Below, in pieces: positions 1-25,943 of a DNA stretch of 64,000 nucleotides (positions are counted from its first letter, which is position 1; every line of letters begins with the position of its first letter). The notes under the pieces were generated by a model, which was given only the letters and a program-made list of their open reading frames with translations, was not told the origin of the DNA and searched no databases. Origin of the DNA: Zygnema circumcarinatum SAG 698-1b (taxonomy: Eukaryota; Plantae; Zygnematophyceae). Made by a program: the position numbers and the translations under genes. The stretch covers positions 434,001-498,000 of the forward strand of contig CM074813.1 in the NCBI GenBank assembly GCA_037447605.1, in the 5' to 3' direction.

Positions 1-171
1 TCTCTCGCTCTCTCTCCTTCCCCACCCCGCTTTCTCCACCCCCTTCTCCTCTCCCTAACTCTCTCCCTCTCTCTCTGTCTGCCCCCTTCCCTCGCTTTCC
101 CTCCCCCCGCTCTCTCCTCCGCCCTTCTCCCCTCCCCTCTCTCTCTCTCCCTCCCCCCTTTCTTCCCCATT

Positions 172-224
<53 letters not shown>

Positions 225-226
225 AG

Positions 227-3200
227 AGGGGCAGAGGGAGGGAGTGGTCAAGTGCAGCGTGCAGCAGTTGGAGCAGGCCATTGAGATGGCGACACGTGGC
301 ACGGAGGACATGCACTGCGGCATTGCTGCCGCCCTGTGCGGGGCCTCCCTCTCCTCGAGTTGGAATATTCAGGTTGCCCGCTATACCCCATTTGTACCCC
401 ATCTATTCATGTTTTTCGAACGCTCCCCTTTCATCTGTTTCTCACATTCCATTGTTATATATATATATATATGTATATATTTTTTTTTTGCATGTGTATT
501 TTTTCCGGGCAGGAGCACGTCGTCCGCTTTATATTGCGGTTTTTGTCGCCGCCTTTGGCCCCAGAGCTGCCCGAGGACGAAAAGAAAATATTTACATCTT
601 CGGCCCTATTGAAGCAGGCGGGAATTTTGTCGACAATTCTCGGAGCGATTTCTCAGCCTCAGAACCTTCAAATTTTTTGCTTGCACGGAGCGGTCAGTAA
701 GAAAAAAAAAAAAGAATGTCCTCCCTCCCTTTTTTGTATATTTGTTTTCCATATCCTTTTTTTTTTCGTTCCTAACCTTTGACCCTTTAACTCTTTTTTT
801 TTTATTGTTTTTAACCTTATGAGCTCTTGACTTTTCTCGTTGACTGTGCTTGCAGATACCCGAACTCGCAACCTCAATTATGGCAATCGCAGAAGTTTTC
901 GGTCGAATTCCAGTAAATAATAATACTAATAATAATAATGTTGAAGAAATTCCAAATGGGAAAAATGCGTTTAATTTTTCGACCCTTTTGCTTTTCCACC
1001 TTCATCACGGAAGTTTCCTTCCTCATAATTACGTTCGTCTTTTTCCCGACGAAAATTTCGAAAATTTCGGCGGCGTCAGAGCGTCAATTCCGGCTCTCCT
1101 GCGAATCCGAAACCGCCAGCTGTCGCTCGCGGCCAATCAGCGACCTGACGGGCAGGCCCCAAAACTTTTCCGGCTGCCCGACTTTCCGAACTTTCAGGCC
1201 CTTCAGTTTGCAGAGAGTTGCGGCGAGTCGGCGGAAGGCGACGATGGCCCAAAAAATAGCCCCAATTCTAGACCTAATTCGAACTTGAATTCGAGTTTTA
1301 ACGATGAAGTGGTGGAGAGATTGCTCAAATTTATGTTTCAAAAAAAGAAGTTTGAGTTAGAGGAGCGGAAAATTTCGATTTGGGAAGTTATGTTGAAAAC
1401 ACCTGATGTGGGGGAAGCAGTTTTGGCGGCTCTCTCTGCGGGGAAGCTTTCGTCACGGGAAGCAGTTGCAGGTGAAGTTAATCTCTCGCTCTCTCTCTCC
1501 CCCCTCTCTCTCTCCCACTTTCTCTATTCCCCCCGCTCTCTCTCACTCTCTCCCCCCTCTCTCTCTCCCACTTTCTCTATTCCCCCCGCTCTCTCTCACT
1601 CTCTCCCCCCTCTCTTTCTCACTCTCTCCCCCTCTCTCTCTCCCACTCTCTCTCCCTCTCTCTCTTCCCCCCTCTCTCTCACTCTCTCCCCCCTCTCTCC
1701 CTCTCTCTCCCTCTCTCTCGTCCCCCTCTCTCACTCTCTCCCTCTCTCTCCCCCTCTCTCCCTCTCTCTCCCCCTCTCTCTCTCTCTCTCTCCCTCTCTC
1801 CCACTCTCTCTCTTTCTCTCTCTCCCCCTCTCTCTCTCCCACTCTCTCCCTCTCTCTCTTCCCCCCTCTCTCTCACTCTCTCCCCCCTCTCTCCCTCTCT
1901 CTCCCTCTCTCTCGTCCCCCTCTCTCACTCTCTCCCCCTCTCTCTCCCACTCTCTCCCTCTCTCTCCCCCCTCTCTCTCTCTCCCTCTCTCCCTCTCTCT
2001 CTTTCTCTCTCCCCCTCTCTCCTCTCTCCCCCTCTCTCTCCCACTCTCTCTTTCTCTCTCCCCCCCTCTCTCTCTCACTCTCTCCCCCTCACTCTCTCCC
2101 CCCCAACTTTCTGTCCCCCTCTCTCCCCCCCCTCTCTCTCTCTCACTCTCTCCCCCCCACTCCCCTCTCTAAAAGCCAAGCATTTCTCTTCCCAGACAGC
2201 AAACCTGCCCCCTCTCACCCCTCCCAAAACCTGTCCTTTATTTTTTTTTAATTTTCTGCGGCGGGCAGGTCTGCGCGATTTGGTGGAGCTCGTGCCCGCC
2301 TGCATTGCGCCACTTGGCACGTTCTTATGCGCCGAAGCGACACGTGGCAGCTGGCGACCGGGTACAGCCAATGGCGTTGATTGGCCGAGTCCAGGTGGCG
2401 CTCTCCCATTGATCGATGCCGAGATCCGGTCCGTACTGCTCCACGCCGGAGTCACATGTGCCAGTTCAGTCACCGGTAACTGAAATCCCTTAACTTTTAT
2501 GGCCCCTTAGACTTTAGAAAATTGAAATTGCCTCTTGTGCTCCTAACCAGAGGATAACACGTAGTTAAACGGGGTATAGTAAATGGGTTCTATGGGATAT
2601 TGGGGTCATACAATTTCCTGTTTTTTTTTTTTTTTTTTTTAATTTGACTGGGTTTGACTTTATCTGGTTTTTTAAAAAGCTCCAGATTTTGGCTGACACT
2701 CAAAATTGAGTTTCTATGCAGGCGCTGTCGACGGCAGCAGTTCCGTAACTCTCCCTCTCGCCCTCCTCCTCTTCATGTCCCTCACAATTACGCTCAACGG
2801 AGAGTTCTCCGTTCCGTTATTGGGAGTCGCAGGGCCCCTCCTTGAAAGGACGGCGGCCGCGAGTCTGTGGCCGTCGACCCCCGCGATCTCCGCCCTGTGG
2901 ACGGTCAAGATGCGACCTCGGCACTCGGCCATTGTGACGGCGGCGGCGGCTCACACGTGCGGAGCGGACAGGGAGGCCATGGCGCAGCTTCTCAGAAGCT
3001 GCTTCACACGTGCGCTGGGGCCGCCCAATCCATGGCTCACAAATGTCGTTCGACCGTTAAACGGTGAGACGCATGGAACGGGGGAGGGTCGGTTGGGCCC
3101 GTCAGCAGAGGATTTACGGAAACTGGAGCATGGAAAGGGGAGGGCAGGAGAGGCGGAGTGGGAGACAGGTGTCGGCGCGCTGTTGGGTAACGGAACAGGA

Positions 3201-4013
3201 CTGAATTCTGCACATGGAAAGGGGTCGGTGCTGGAACCGGGCGGCCTTTACATCCGGGCGGCCGTACTGATGCATGATCCTGCGTTTATATGCGATGAAA
3301 TATTACGGATTTTAGTTAGAATAGCGGGAGAGGGAGGGGGACGAAAAAGGAAGGTGAGAGAGGGAGAGGGAGAGGGAGAGGGAGAGGAGGCCCAGAAGCC
3401 AAAGCTTCGCGGTCAACAGTGGTCAATGGTAGAGGCCTTCTGGAAGGTTCTAGAAGCTTCTGGATTGTCGGCGGCGCTCCTGAACACGACAGGGGGGACG
3501 AACCTGGTCCAAATTCTGTACCGGAAGACACTACCGGCTTGGTTTCAGGCTCGGGATGGGTCCGGTGACAGGTTCGGAAAGGGGGGGTTTTTGGAAGGAT
3601 GCGTTTTGGCGCGACTTGCCATACTGAGCGTGGCGTTTGCGTGGGCCCCACATGTGACAGCTGTCGCGAGTTTAGTGGACGATGGGAAGGCTGACGTGGA
3701 GCCAGAGGCGGATCTGCCAGCTGGCAGGACGTACCTGATTGGTCAACACCTGGATTTCATTCTGAGGGGGATGGAAGGGAATATTCCCCTCGCGTGTGGT
3801 TGGGCCACGTGGCATGCTTACGTGGTTGGGTATTTGGTGCTGTTGGTGCTCAAATTTCCCGAGTGGCTAAGTGGGGTACAGGGGTCTGTGCTCCGAAAAT
3901 TAACGGAAAATTTGAGAGCATGGAACGAGGAGGACCTCGCGGAGGCGCTAGCCGAGGCGGGCGGGGGGGGGGAGACGGAGACTAGTTTGGAGGACAACGG
4001 TTCTATGGTGTAA
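227..4013 (+). CDS. MED33: Mediator subunit 33 (MED33/REF4/RFR1-like), 5'-truncated by window edge
   Basis: GT-AG exons with consistent phases: ~227(or 235)-372, 513-692, 856-1471, 2269-2475, 2722-4013 (TAA). Spliced motifs [13 protein letters not shown]|[22 protein letters not shown]|[68 protein letters not shown] match my recollection of plant MED33. Confidence 0.9.
1482..2170. repeat. Degenerate CT-rich microsatellite filling MED33 intron 1472-2268
   Basis: Near-pure C/T tract; source of the spurious Ser/Leu/Pro and Glu/Arg ORFs. Confidence 0.9.
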
Positions 4014-5930
4014 AAAAATGAGAATTTGAACTGAGTCATATGGCTTGACTTTGATTGACTTGACTGGACTTTGACGTCACCAGAAACAATGTTTACGATG
4101 GATGGCTCACGCTGCCAATTGTGTCAAAGATCAAATTCGAAATTTGCGCGTCTTAGGATTGGAGTGGCCCGCATTAGCAACCATTGCTGGTTAATGGTTG
4201 ACTAACCAACAGCATTGCCAATTTTTGGAACCAAAAGAATTCGGGGGAAAAAAAAAATCGCTTTGAAGCTTTTAATTCTGCGGCCTTGTCCTGCGCCGGA
4301 GAGGGGCCCCTTCCTTCCCTCCCTCCCTGCGCCGAGTCTTTGCCACTGATTGGAGTCCTCCCCAACCAATGGCAATGGTGCCAACCATTGCGCATGCGAT
4401 GTTCAAGCCAAACAAAACGAGCATGGAAACAGTAATCGTTCAACGGCGGGCTGCAGCTTTCGCATGTAGAGGGCAGTCAACGTGCCAATGATAGTGCCGT
4501 ACAGCCAACTGTCGATGCACGAATTTGAATCGTCAACCAGTCGCTGGCCGCCACGTGGAGCCAACAGATGTGCCAGGCGCCACGCGGCTAGTGCTGAAGG
4601 GCACTGAATCTGTCGACGTGGCAGCAGGTTATTGGTCCAGAGCCCCCATTGCTATGCCCACACAGAGAATACAAACCGACGGAGGGCTTGCACGCGTTTT
4701 CAGAAAATCTCGCCACGTCAGATAAAACAGCATGCCACGTCACATCGAGTGTTCTCCAATCAGCGCTCGCCATGTAGACCACCGTCGCCCACTCGGCAGG
4801 GACGGGATCGGAGGAGAGGGGCGGTCGCGGCGGGTCAGGAGATGCGCACCAGCGTGGCAGATGCCCCGTCCATATCTGCCACGTGGTGGCAAAATATTGG
4901 ATAGAGTACGGAGGAGCTCTCCGCGGCGTCCAGTGAAAACGCATACGTGGCGCCAACATGGCGCCATGTAGGCAGAACTGGTCCTGCCGGAACGCGGCAG
5001 CCCGTCGCGCGTGGCGCCGAACCCGGGCTTGTCGGGACTCGCTCGGACCGCCAAGGCGGAAGGACCGGGTAAAAAATCAGAAAAAATCCAAGACCTCAAA
5101 AATATCCAAATGAAAAATCCAATAATTTTGAGGACAAAAATGCACCGAACGTTTAGCGGGCATTTAAGAATGTCCAAGCTGGCTGGATATTATTGGCCCA
5201 ATTTGCCGCGTGGCAAACCCTGGTTAGGCTCACTTTGTTGTGCTGGTTTTTTTGCCGCTGCAACCGCATCTCGCCATCAATATTTTTCTCGCATTAACTT
5301 TGTATTTTTGAAGGACTGCGACCCGCAGGGAACGAGCGAGGGCGACGACAAAACGAAAGGACCGTACGGTCAATGGCGTAATGATTGCTCCTGGACAGGG
5401 CAGCAGGGCGAGTGTGGACGGCCGTAAAACTACTTTTCGACTTTTATAGTACATTTATAGTCATATTCTAAAAGTAGGGCCCAATTTATAACACTTTTAT
5501 AAACTTTTTGTAACAGTTTACAACACTTTAAATGTCACGCTCCAATGGCAATGGCAGTCCCGCGGTTGGTCTGCGGCCAATGGTTTGATTTCTGAAGGAC
5601 CCAGTCCTGGAGATAACAAAGATCGAAAAGAGCGGAAATCGTCAAACTTGGAAATCCGCATCAAAACAGGTTCGTACTTCAATTTCTCATTCCTCCCACT
5701 TTTATAGTTTTCAGAAAGACAGAAGAGTTGTAGAGGTAAACCGGTAGGAAGAATGGTAGAAGACAGGAGGAAGAAAAGAAAGAGAGAGAGAGAGCTTTTA
5801 CCATTTTTTTTTCCTTTTCTTTTTCTTCTTTAATAATGTTTTTGTTTTTTTCCATTATGTGAGTGTCGGCGTGTGTGTGGCTATGTCTGTATGTTTGTCT
5901 GACTGTGCGCATTCTTTTATCTGAAAATAG

Positions 5931-6135
5931 AAAAAAAAAAAAAAAAAATAATATTACAACAGAAGGCCTAATGTTGTAATAATTACATTGTTTTTTTTTT
6001 TTTCTCTGCGAGTGTTTTTGTGTGCGGCAGAATTTGCGTGTGTGATTTTTCTACAAACAAAAAAAAAAAAAAAAAAAGGAAACAAACTACTACACATAGG
6101 GCCCTATGTTGTATAGTTTGTTTTTTTTTTTTTCG
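5931..6135. repeat. Two tandem A-tract/hairpin/T-tract units
   Basis: ATTACAAC(5953-5960)...GTTGTAAT(5973-5980); AAACAAACTA-c-TACA-CATAGG-gc-CCTATG-t-TGTA-TAGTTTGTTT (6080-6123). Each is flanked by poly-A on the left and poly-T on the right. Confidence 0.75.
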
Positions 6136-6361
6136 ACTGTGATGATGTTTGTGCGTGTCTCAATTTGCGTGTTAGACTAAAAAACAAGGGTTTTTATGAT
6201 TTCTTAGACATTTTCTATTTTCAAGATTTTTAGGAATTTTAAGATTTTTAAGGTTTTACATATTTAGGTTATTATTTAGGTTTTTTAGAAATTTTATAGA
6301 TATTTTAAGCATTTTTAGCGCTTTTACAGTTTTTTTAATCTTTCAGAATTTTTACAGTTTT

Positions 6362-6600
6362 TAGTCAGTCCGTTAGCTTGTCAGTTTGTCGGGAAGTCTG
6401 TCAGTCTGTCCGTTAGTCAGTCGTCTGTCTGTCGGACAGTATGTGTGTCCGTCTGTCAGTCAGTCTGTCGGTCGTCGGGCAGTCTGCGAGTTAGTCGGTT
6501 TGTCGGTCGGTTTGTCGGCCAGTTCGCGTGTCCGTCCGTCAGTCAGTCGGCTAGTCCGCCAGTCCTCTGGACTATAAAGACTTTGTCTGTCGGCCAGTCC
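6362..6600. repeat. Degenerate GTCN (GTCA/GTCT/GTCG) short tandem repeat
   Basis: tagtcagtccg...gtctgtcagtctgtcc...gtcagtcagtctgtcggtcgtcgg directly visible. Confidence 0.75.
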
Positions 6601-6833
6601 GCCATTTTAAAAACATCTTACGTGGAATTAACGATAATATAGAAATTGAAAACATCGATAAACATCAAAAATTATTGGCAACGTGGCAACACTTGATTGA
6701 ATAAAATAAGACCCATTTCCTACAAAAAATCAAGAAAACACACAACACCCACGTCGCAATCTCTGACTGGATAACACGTATACCACATTCCGTTCCACAA
6801 TCCAAAAAAAAAAAAAAAAAAAAATTTTTTTTT

Positions 6834-6897
6834 AAACCACACACAAACTTGACGACAGAATGATGTGTCATTCTGTCGTCAAGTTTGTGTGTGGTTT
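6834..6897. repeat. Perfect 30 bp inverted repeat with 4 nt loop
   Basis: AAACCACACACAAACTTGACGACAGAATGA-tgtg-TCATTCTGTCGTCAAGTTTGTGTGTGGTTT. Confidence 0.95.
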
Positions 6898-7933
6898 TTT
6901 TTTGATTTTTTTTCCCATTTTAGGGCTACGTGGCAACACCCGACTGGATAAAAAACATACCCCATATCCTACAAACGATCCAAAAAAACACCACAATACC
7001 AACGTGGCAATTTCTAACTGGATAAAAGCATAACTGAATAACGTTTCGTTTCAACGCTGCCCGTTGAAACGAAACGTAATTATGAGTACATAAATACGCG
7101 ATATACCCCATTTTAACCGCATTCGATCCAACGAAGAGCACACCAATCAGGACGCGCGACGTGGCAACGTCACACTCGCGGAAATTATACCCCATTTTCA
7201 TCAAAATCATCTTTGACACCTTAATCGAATAATCGTACGGATGAAAACGATGACAAAGCTTTTGCCTACGGCAACGCAAAAAGCCCCTTCAAACCGGATC
7301 CACTGCCGGCGCCGGAATCGCGCCAAAATTTCTTTGTTTTATTTGTCCGCATTCAAAACCACCAGGAGAGTGGGCCCCAGTCGTACGGACCTCCATACGG
7401 ACCCTTTGACCGCCAGAGTCCCTGCCAGCGGCATCATTTGTCGCACGTGCGATCCAATTCCGCTTTTCCACGTGGACAGCTCCGCTCTTAAGTCAAAGCG
7501 TACGGAAGTCGCTTCGTTAGACGTCCGCCTTTTGTCGTATGAGAACGTTCCTAGCCGCGTTGACCACAGGTCAACTACGCAATCATGGCGATGCCGCCGA
7601 GACTGCGGAGAGCCGCCCGATTTCCGCCCCGGGGGTCGCGCCTGCTGCCACGTGGCACGCGGCGATGACTGCGCGTACATACTGAGGTTTCTGAGCTTTG
7701 TCGCTTCAGAACGCTCCGACTCCCTCTCCCTCTCCTCCTCCCTCCCTCCCTCCCTCCCTCCCTCCCTCCTGACTTTCTCCCTCCATCTCTCCCTCCCTCC
7801 CTCCCTCTTCTTCTTACTCTACATCTCGCTTTTTTTGTTCAATTTCTTCTCCTGTATCTCTCTCACTCTCTGCCTCTGTCCCCCTCTCTCGCTCGCTCTC
7901 TCTCTCTCTCTCCCCTCGCTAATGTAACCGCAG

Positions 7934-9552
7934 ATTCTTAGACGGGACAGAGACGAACTTAGTTCTGGAGTATTGCTGGAGGGCAGCCTAACCTGGACGT
8001 GCCCCTCGACCCGGTGCATCCTCCCTGCATTACGAGTGCCCCTGCCAAAAATGCATGCCCTCAATGAGAACGAGAAGGTACGCTGAGGGCCTTTGAAGAG
8101 GTGGACTTAAACCCCCTAAAAACGTGTTGAATTTTTTCTTGATTTTTCAATTCTGAAAATGCTGCCAAGTCAACGCGGTTTCATTTTTCATTATTGTTAT
8201 TATTTATTGACCCCCCGTACCCTAAAATCGAACAGGTTGAGAAATTAAGTCTCAATTTTCAACGTTATTGAACATGGCTGAACTTTGAACACTCAAGCTC
8301 GAAACTTTTTCGATTTAAGAAAGCAAAAAGTTCAAAAAAAAAGTTCCAAGACTCAAAATGGTCGGTCGCAAGTGTGGATTCCATTTTTTTCCACGTTGGT
8401 TCCGTGCGATTCGAGAGTATTTTTTTTCTCAATATATTGAGAAAAAAAATGTATGAATTCATTTCTCATTTCACAAATATAGGGTTTTTTTTTTTGAGAA
8501 GCTGGTTTCGAAAGTTTTTTTTTTTTCTTTTTGAGAAGCCAAAATCCTTAATTTTTTTTTTCTCAACCTGTTCTCTTTTACGTCATTTCTTGATGTCCCT
8601 CTCTCTGTATCACCGTATTCTAAGACATTATTTTGATCCCTTTTCATGTGCAGAACATGCGACTGGTTGAGTTTAGCCACAGAGAAGCGTTCCCTGCCCA
8701 TGTGAAGGAACAGTTACAGTTTCCGTTCATTCCAACTGCGGAAGTCATCAGTTTGGACGACTGCCTCCACCCAACCCCTTGGGACAACAAACCAAGTTCC
8801 AACCTGACCCCCAAAAAGTCGACCTCTCCCATCTTCATCGCTCAGATCCCCTCCTTCAAACCCAACCGCAACAGCAGCATGGAACGCCCCCCTCCCTCCC
8901 TCAGAACCTCAGGCCTGTCCCTCGGCTCCCCCAGAAGCACAACCCGTTCCATGGAACTCAGTATCACGGAACTCAGTCCAACGGGCTCGTGCTCCATGTC
9001 CCCTCCGTTTTCCCCCGAGACCTCGACCCCCTCCCCGTCTCGCCCCTTCCGTTCTCCGCGATCGGCGGGCGCCCTCCCTCCAAAGCCGCCCTCTGGCCGG
9101 GCCCGCATATCCCGGAAATGTCCGTCATGGCCCTCCCTTACTGAATTGGATGACGAAAAAAGTACGAGTCCCGCGGAAACTTCAGAAATGTCGGAGGAGA
9201 ATTCATACGTTTGCAGAAAGAAGACGGTCTCGGCTGCGAGCTTGATAGCGGCGATAGCAGAGAAGATGAGGCCTTGGGAAGTTGCGGAACAGGGGGCTGC
9301 CGCTATGAAGTACGGGGGGACGTCTGTGTATGCTTTTGGTAGGTCCCTCCCCTCCCTCTCCCTTTCCCTCTCCCTCTCCCTCTTCTCGTCCTCTCTGCTG
9401 GAGTTTCTTCAATTTGCAAATACGATGCGATGCGTTGTACTAACGTGTGTTTCTGTGACAATGTTTGGTCCACTGCAGATTTGGAAGGCATGAAGGCGGT
9501 TGTGGCGTGCGACCCCGCGCTCAAACACTTCACGATCTCATTCACTCTATGA
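7934..9552 (+). CDS. Hypothetical protein, partial model (start exon not found), Ser/Pro-rich middle
   Basis: Phase-compatible GT-AG exons 7934-8077, 8654-9338, 9479-9552 (TGA) giving ILRRDRDELSSGVLLEG...NMRLVEFSHREAFP...SVYAFDLEGMKAVVACDPALKHFTISFTL*. No family recognised. Confidence 0.45.
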
Positions 9553-9647
9553 CTCCCTCCCTCCCCCTTCCGCCCTTTGCGCGTCCATAGATAGGCGGCC
9601 CAAGGCGCCACTGTCCCAATTCCCATCATTGAAATCACAAGTTCGTC

Positions 9648-9866
9648 GCGTGACGCGACGTGACGTGATGTGACGTGACGTGAGATGGCATGACGTGACG
9701 TGATATGCATAGCGTACAGACCGCAATGTGCAACGGAAAGAAGCCGAACGGAAATAGAGGCAGCTCAACAGCTCGAAAGCTCGAGCGATAGCCAGGTTAG
9801 CTGCACGTGACATTACGTGACGTGACATGACGTGACGTATCGTGACGTTTCATGATGTGACGTGAC
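9648..9866. repeat. Degenerate (CGTGA)n pentamer tracts
   Basis: gtgacgcgacgtgacgtgatgtgacgtgacgtga... in two blocks (9648-9705, 9805-9866). Confidence 0.75.
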
Positions 9867-10209
9867 TGGACATTGAGTCTATAGATGTATAGGGGGGCGT
9901 ATGTATGAGGATGTACTTTGAGGTGATTGTGTTCTCCACACATCATGTAGGATATTGCAATCACCTGTAAGTATGTAGGCAGGAGGGATTGTTTTTTGCA
10001 TTGTGTTAGAATTACGTGCTAGCGAAGTTTGTGAGTTTGTAGTGCAAGTACGGATAGATCAGTATGTAAAAAATAAGACCTGCAACAGCTTCTTTCTGGG
10101 TCAGATTTTCCATGTGATTGACTGCACTGCCACTCCCGCCAGAAGGGCGCTGTATCGGTCACGTAGCCAAGCTAAAGGAGGTCTGACTAGAGAAAGTGGG
10201 CGATGAAGG

Positions 10210-10581
<372 letters not shown>

Positions 10582-11409
10582 GGCGTGCCGCAGGGCAGGG
10601 CCGCATCCAGGACTGTTTAGTGTAGGGGGGGCTGACCGGTGAGTTGGAGAGAAAACTCTGAAATTCGAGTCGTGTGTGGTTCTACTATTCAACCTTCAAA
10701 GGCGATCGATCGATCGGTGGCTCACAGCTTTTTTAAATCTGAGGGGGGCTAAGTAAGCCCCCCCAACCCCCCCCCTTGGGTCTGCCAATGGCATGCTGAT
10801 GTGTGATGATGATGGCCACGCTCATGCGTGCCCATGTGAGCTCTTCACCGTCTGATTGGTAGTGAGTGCATGCATGGTGATGATGCAGACTTCATGTGAC
10901 TTCATGTGTCGATGTTGGACGATATCGCGTGACGTTGAACCTCTTATAAGATCTAAACTCAACAAGAATGTTCTTGAATTAAAAAACTTGCCGAAAATGT
11001 TGAACAACATTTGTCAACATACGAACGCTACAGACAATGCTTGAGTTATGATAAGGAATTGCACATTTTACTTATAAAAAATAGGCTGATAACGATACAT
11101 GTTCGTGAAAATTGACCTTATGAGAATCTAAGGAAAGGAAGGAAGGAAGCACGCAATATTCTCCTTGTTTTATGTAACATGTGTCGGAAAATTCCCTTTC
11201 CCCATCGTCTTACGAGGGCGGCCTGGGAGTTCTCGAACAAGCTGAAGTTGATGCTCTCGACCAATGTGTGAAATGCCATTATCTACCACCATCCACAAAT
11301 CCACCTGCTAGACCAACAAGCCGAAGCGCCCACCGCAGCAAACTGCCTACATAGAAATGTCTTCTTATTGATGAGCTATTGAAACTTGTCAAGCTTTTTT
11401 CTTCTGTCC

Positions 11410-11520
11410 TGAGGTCCTTTGCGACCAGTTCCTCGTGGTTCCCCATGCTGATTTTGTCCATGTACAACATTTGATGGCATCACCGCCATCGTGAGGTCAA
11501 TGGCACACCTCCCTCTGTCA
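11410..11520 (+). repeat. Dispersed repeat R1, copy 1 (same-orientation copies at ~33080-33195 and, partially, ~61915-61992)
   Basis: GGTCCTTTGCGACCAGTTCCTCGTGGTTCCCCATGCT..TTTGTCCATGTACA..TTTGATGGCATC shared with the 33080 copy; TCCATGTACATTT..ATGGC..CGCCATCGTGAGGTC shared with the 61950 copy. Confidence 0.75.
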
Positions 11521-11596
11521 AGCTTCCGGCCATGAAGCGCGGACAACAACAAGAAAAAGTAGAACAACACAAGAAGTGGCCGAAGAAAAAGATGGT

Positions 11597-11692
11597 GGGT
11601 GCGACACCGGGAATTCCCGGGAGACCCACCCCAGTTCTATTCCGGACCACAGGCGCTTAGCTTTGGAGTTCTGATGAGATCCGGCGTAGTAG
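11597..11692 (-). pseudogene. 5'-truncated 5S rRNA-derived sequence (about nt 20-120)
   Basis: Minus strand CTACTACGCCGGATCTCATCAGAACTCCAAAGCTAAGCGCCTGTGGTCCGGAATAGAACTGGGGTGGGTCTCCCGGGAATTCCCGGTGTCGCACCC aligns to plant 5S (…CCGGATCCCATCAGAACTCCGCAGTTAAGCGTGCTTGG…TGGGTGACCTCCTGGGAAGTCC…). Followed by a T5 run. The 5' helix-I strand is missing and the C box has a ~3 nt deletion. Confidence 0.85.
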
Positions 11693-12319
11693 AAATCTTC
11701 ATATGATATAATTTATTAATTCCCATTCTCAGGTAGGAAAAAAAAAATTAAAGCTTGAGAATTGAGAAATTGAGTAAACTCGTTTCTCAAGAATTTCTCA
11801 ATTTCTCATCTGTTCGGTTGTACGGAAGGACTCTAAATACGACTTGGAGCTGGTATGCAGCAAATTTGATGGTACAAACTCGACCGAATATGCGGAATAG
11901 GTACACGCAGTAGCTCCCTTGCCAGCAGATAAAGTACTGGTTCTATGTTTGGCCGACTTCCTAAATGTCGCCGTTTCGCGCCTTCTCCGCGCCTGCCTTC
12001 TCCCCAAAACTATTTCAAATGTTTAAAATTTTGAAAATTGGTGCCCCGTACTTTATCCTTACAGTAAAATTTCCACCATTTCAATTCGAAGCTCTACCTT
12101 TTTAAAGAATCAGTACTAACAGCAAGCATTAATGTTTCAGATTTACTATACCAATTCGTTAATCAATTATTAACTATCAAATCCATCCCTCCAATTTTTT
12201 AATTTCATTTCTGGCCCGCCCCCCTCCCATCTCCGTTCAAACTTTTTACAAAGGGCGAAATTCCCTCCAAAAGCTCCCCCTCCTCCTTCCCAGCAGGCCC
12301 TGCAAACGCTTGCTTGCAG

Positions 12320-12500
12320 GCTTAGGGTTTGGAAAGCCTCAAGTGCAGCTGCAGGCTGCAGGCGGCCATTTTTAGGGTTTTATAGGGGTATTTTTATGGG
12401 TTTTTGGACGAGTGTTAGGGTTGGCGGAAGGCTGACGGGCCTTGGGCTTGCAGGCCTTTTCGGAGCTTAGTTTGTGAGGGTTTCAGGGTTTTGGCAGGGT
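12320..12500 (+). promoter_or_regulatory. Cluster of telo-box-like motifs (TAGGGTT) and a TGGGCT site-II-like motif upstream of the PWWP-SCC3 ATG
   Basis: TAGGGTT at ~12323, 12373, 12416 plus variants; TGGGCT at ~12443. Function is inferred only from the known plant telo-box/site II association. Confidence 0.3.
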
Positions 12501-12534
12501 TTTGGGAGGGTTGTGGAGCAGCAGAGAAGCTGTA

Positions 12535-25943
<13,409 letters not shown>

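Noticed and set aside
1472-2251. Ser/Leu/Pro-rich tails of ORFs 850..2172 and 1406..2251
   Set aside because: CT-rich intron; the GT donor at 1472 and AG at 2268 restore the MED33 frame.
4540-5230. Cluster of CCACGTGG/G-box-like motifs as a regulatory module
   Set aside because: The same motifs are frequent throughout the repeats of this window, and no adjacent gene start could be tied to them.
9915-10110. Possible minus-strand micro-exons (MENLTQKEAVA G|DCNILHDVWRTQSP)
   Set aside because: Phase-compatible but short, with no recognisable domain and no continuation; could be chance.
10594-10791. Possible ~200 bp MITE with G7/C7 subterminal runs
   Set aside because: Terminal inverted repeats too imperfect and no convincing TSD.
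11597-11692. Functional 5S rRNA gene
   Set aside because: The first ~20 nt are absent and the C box has a deletion.
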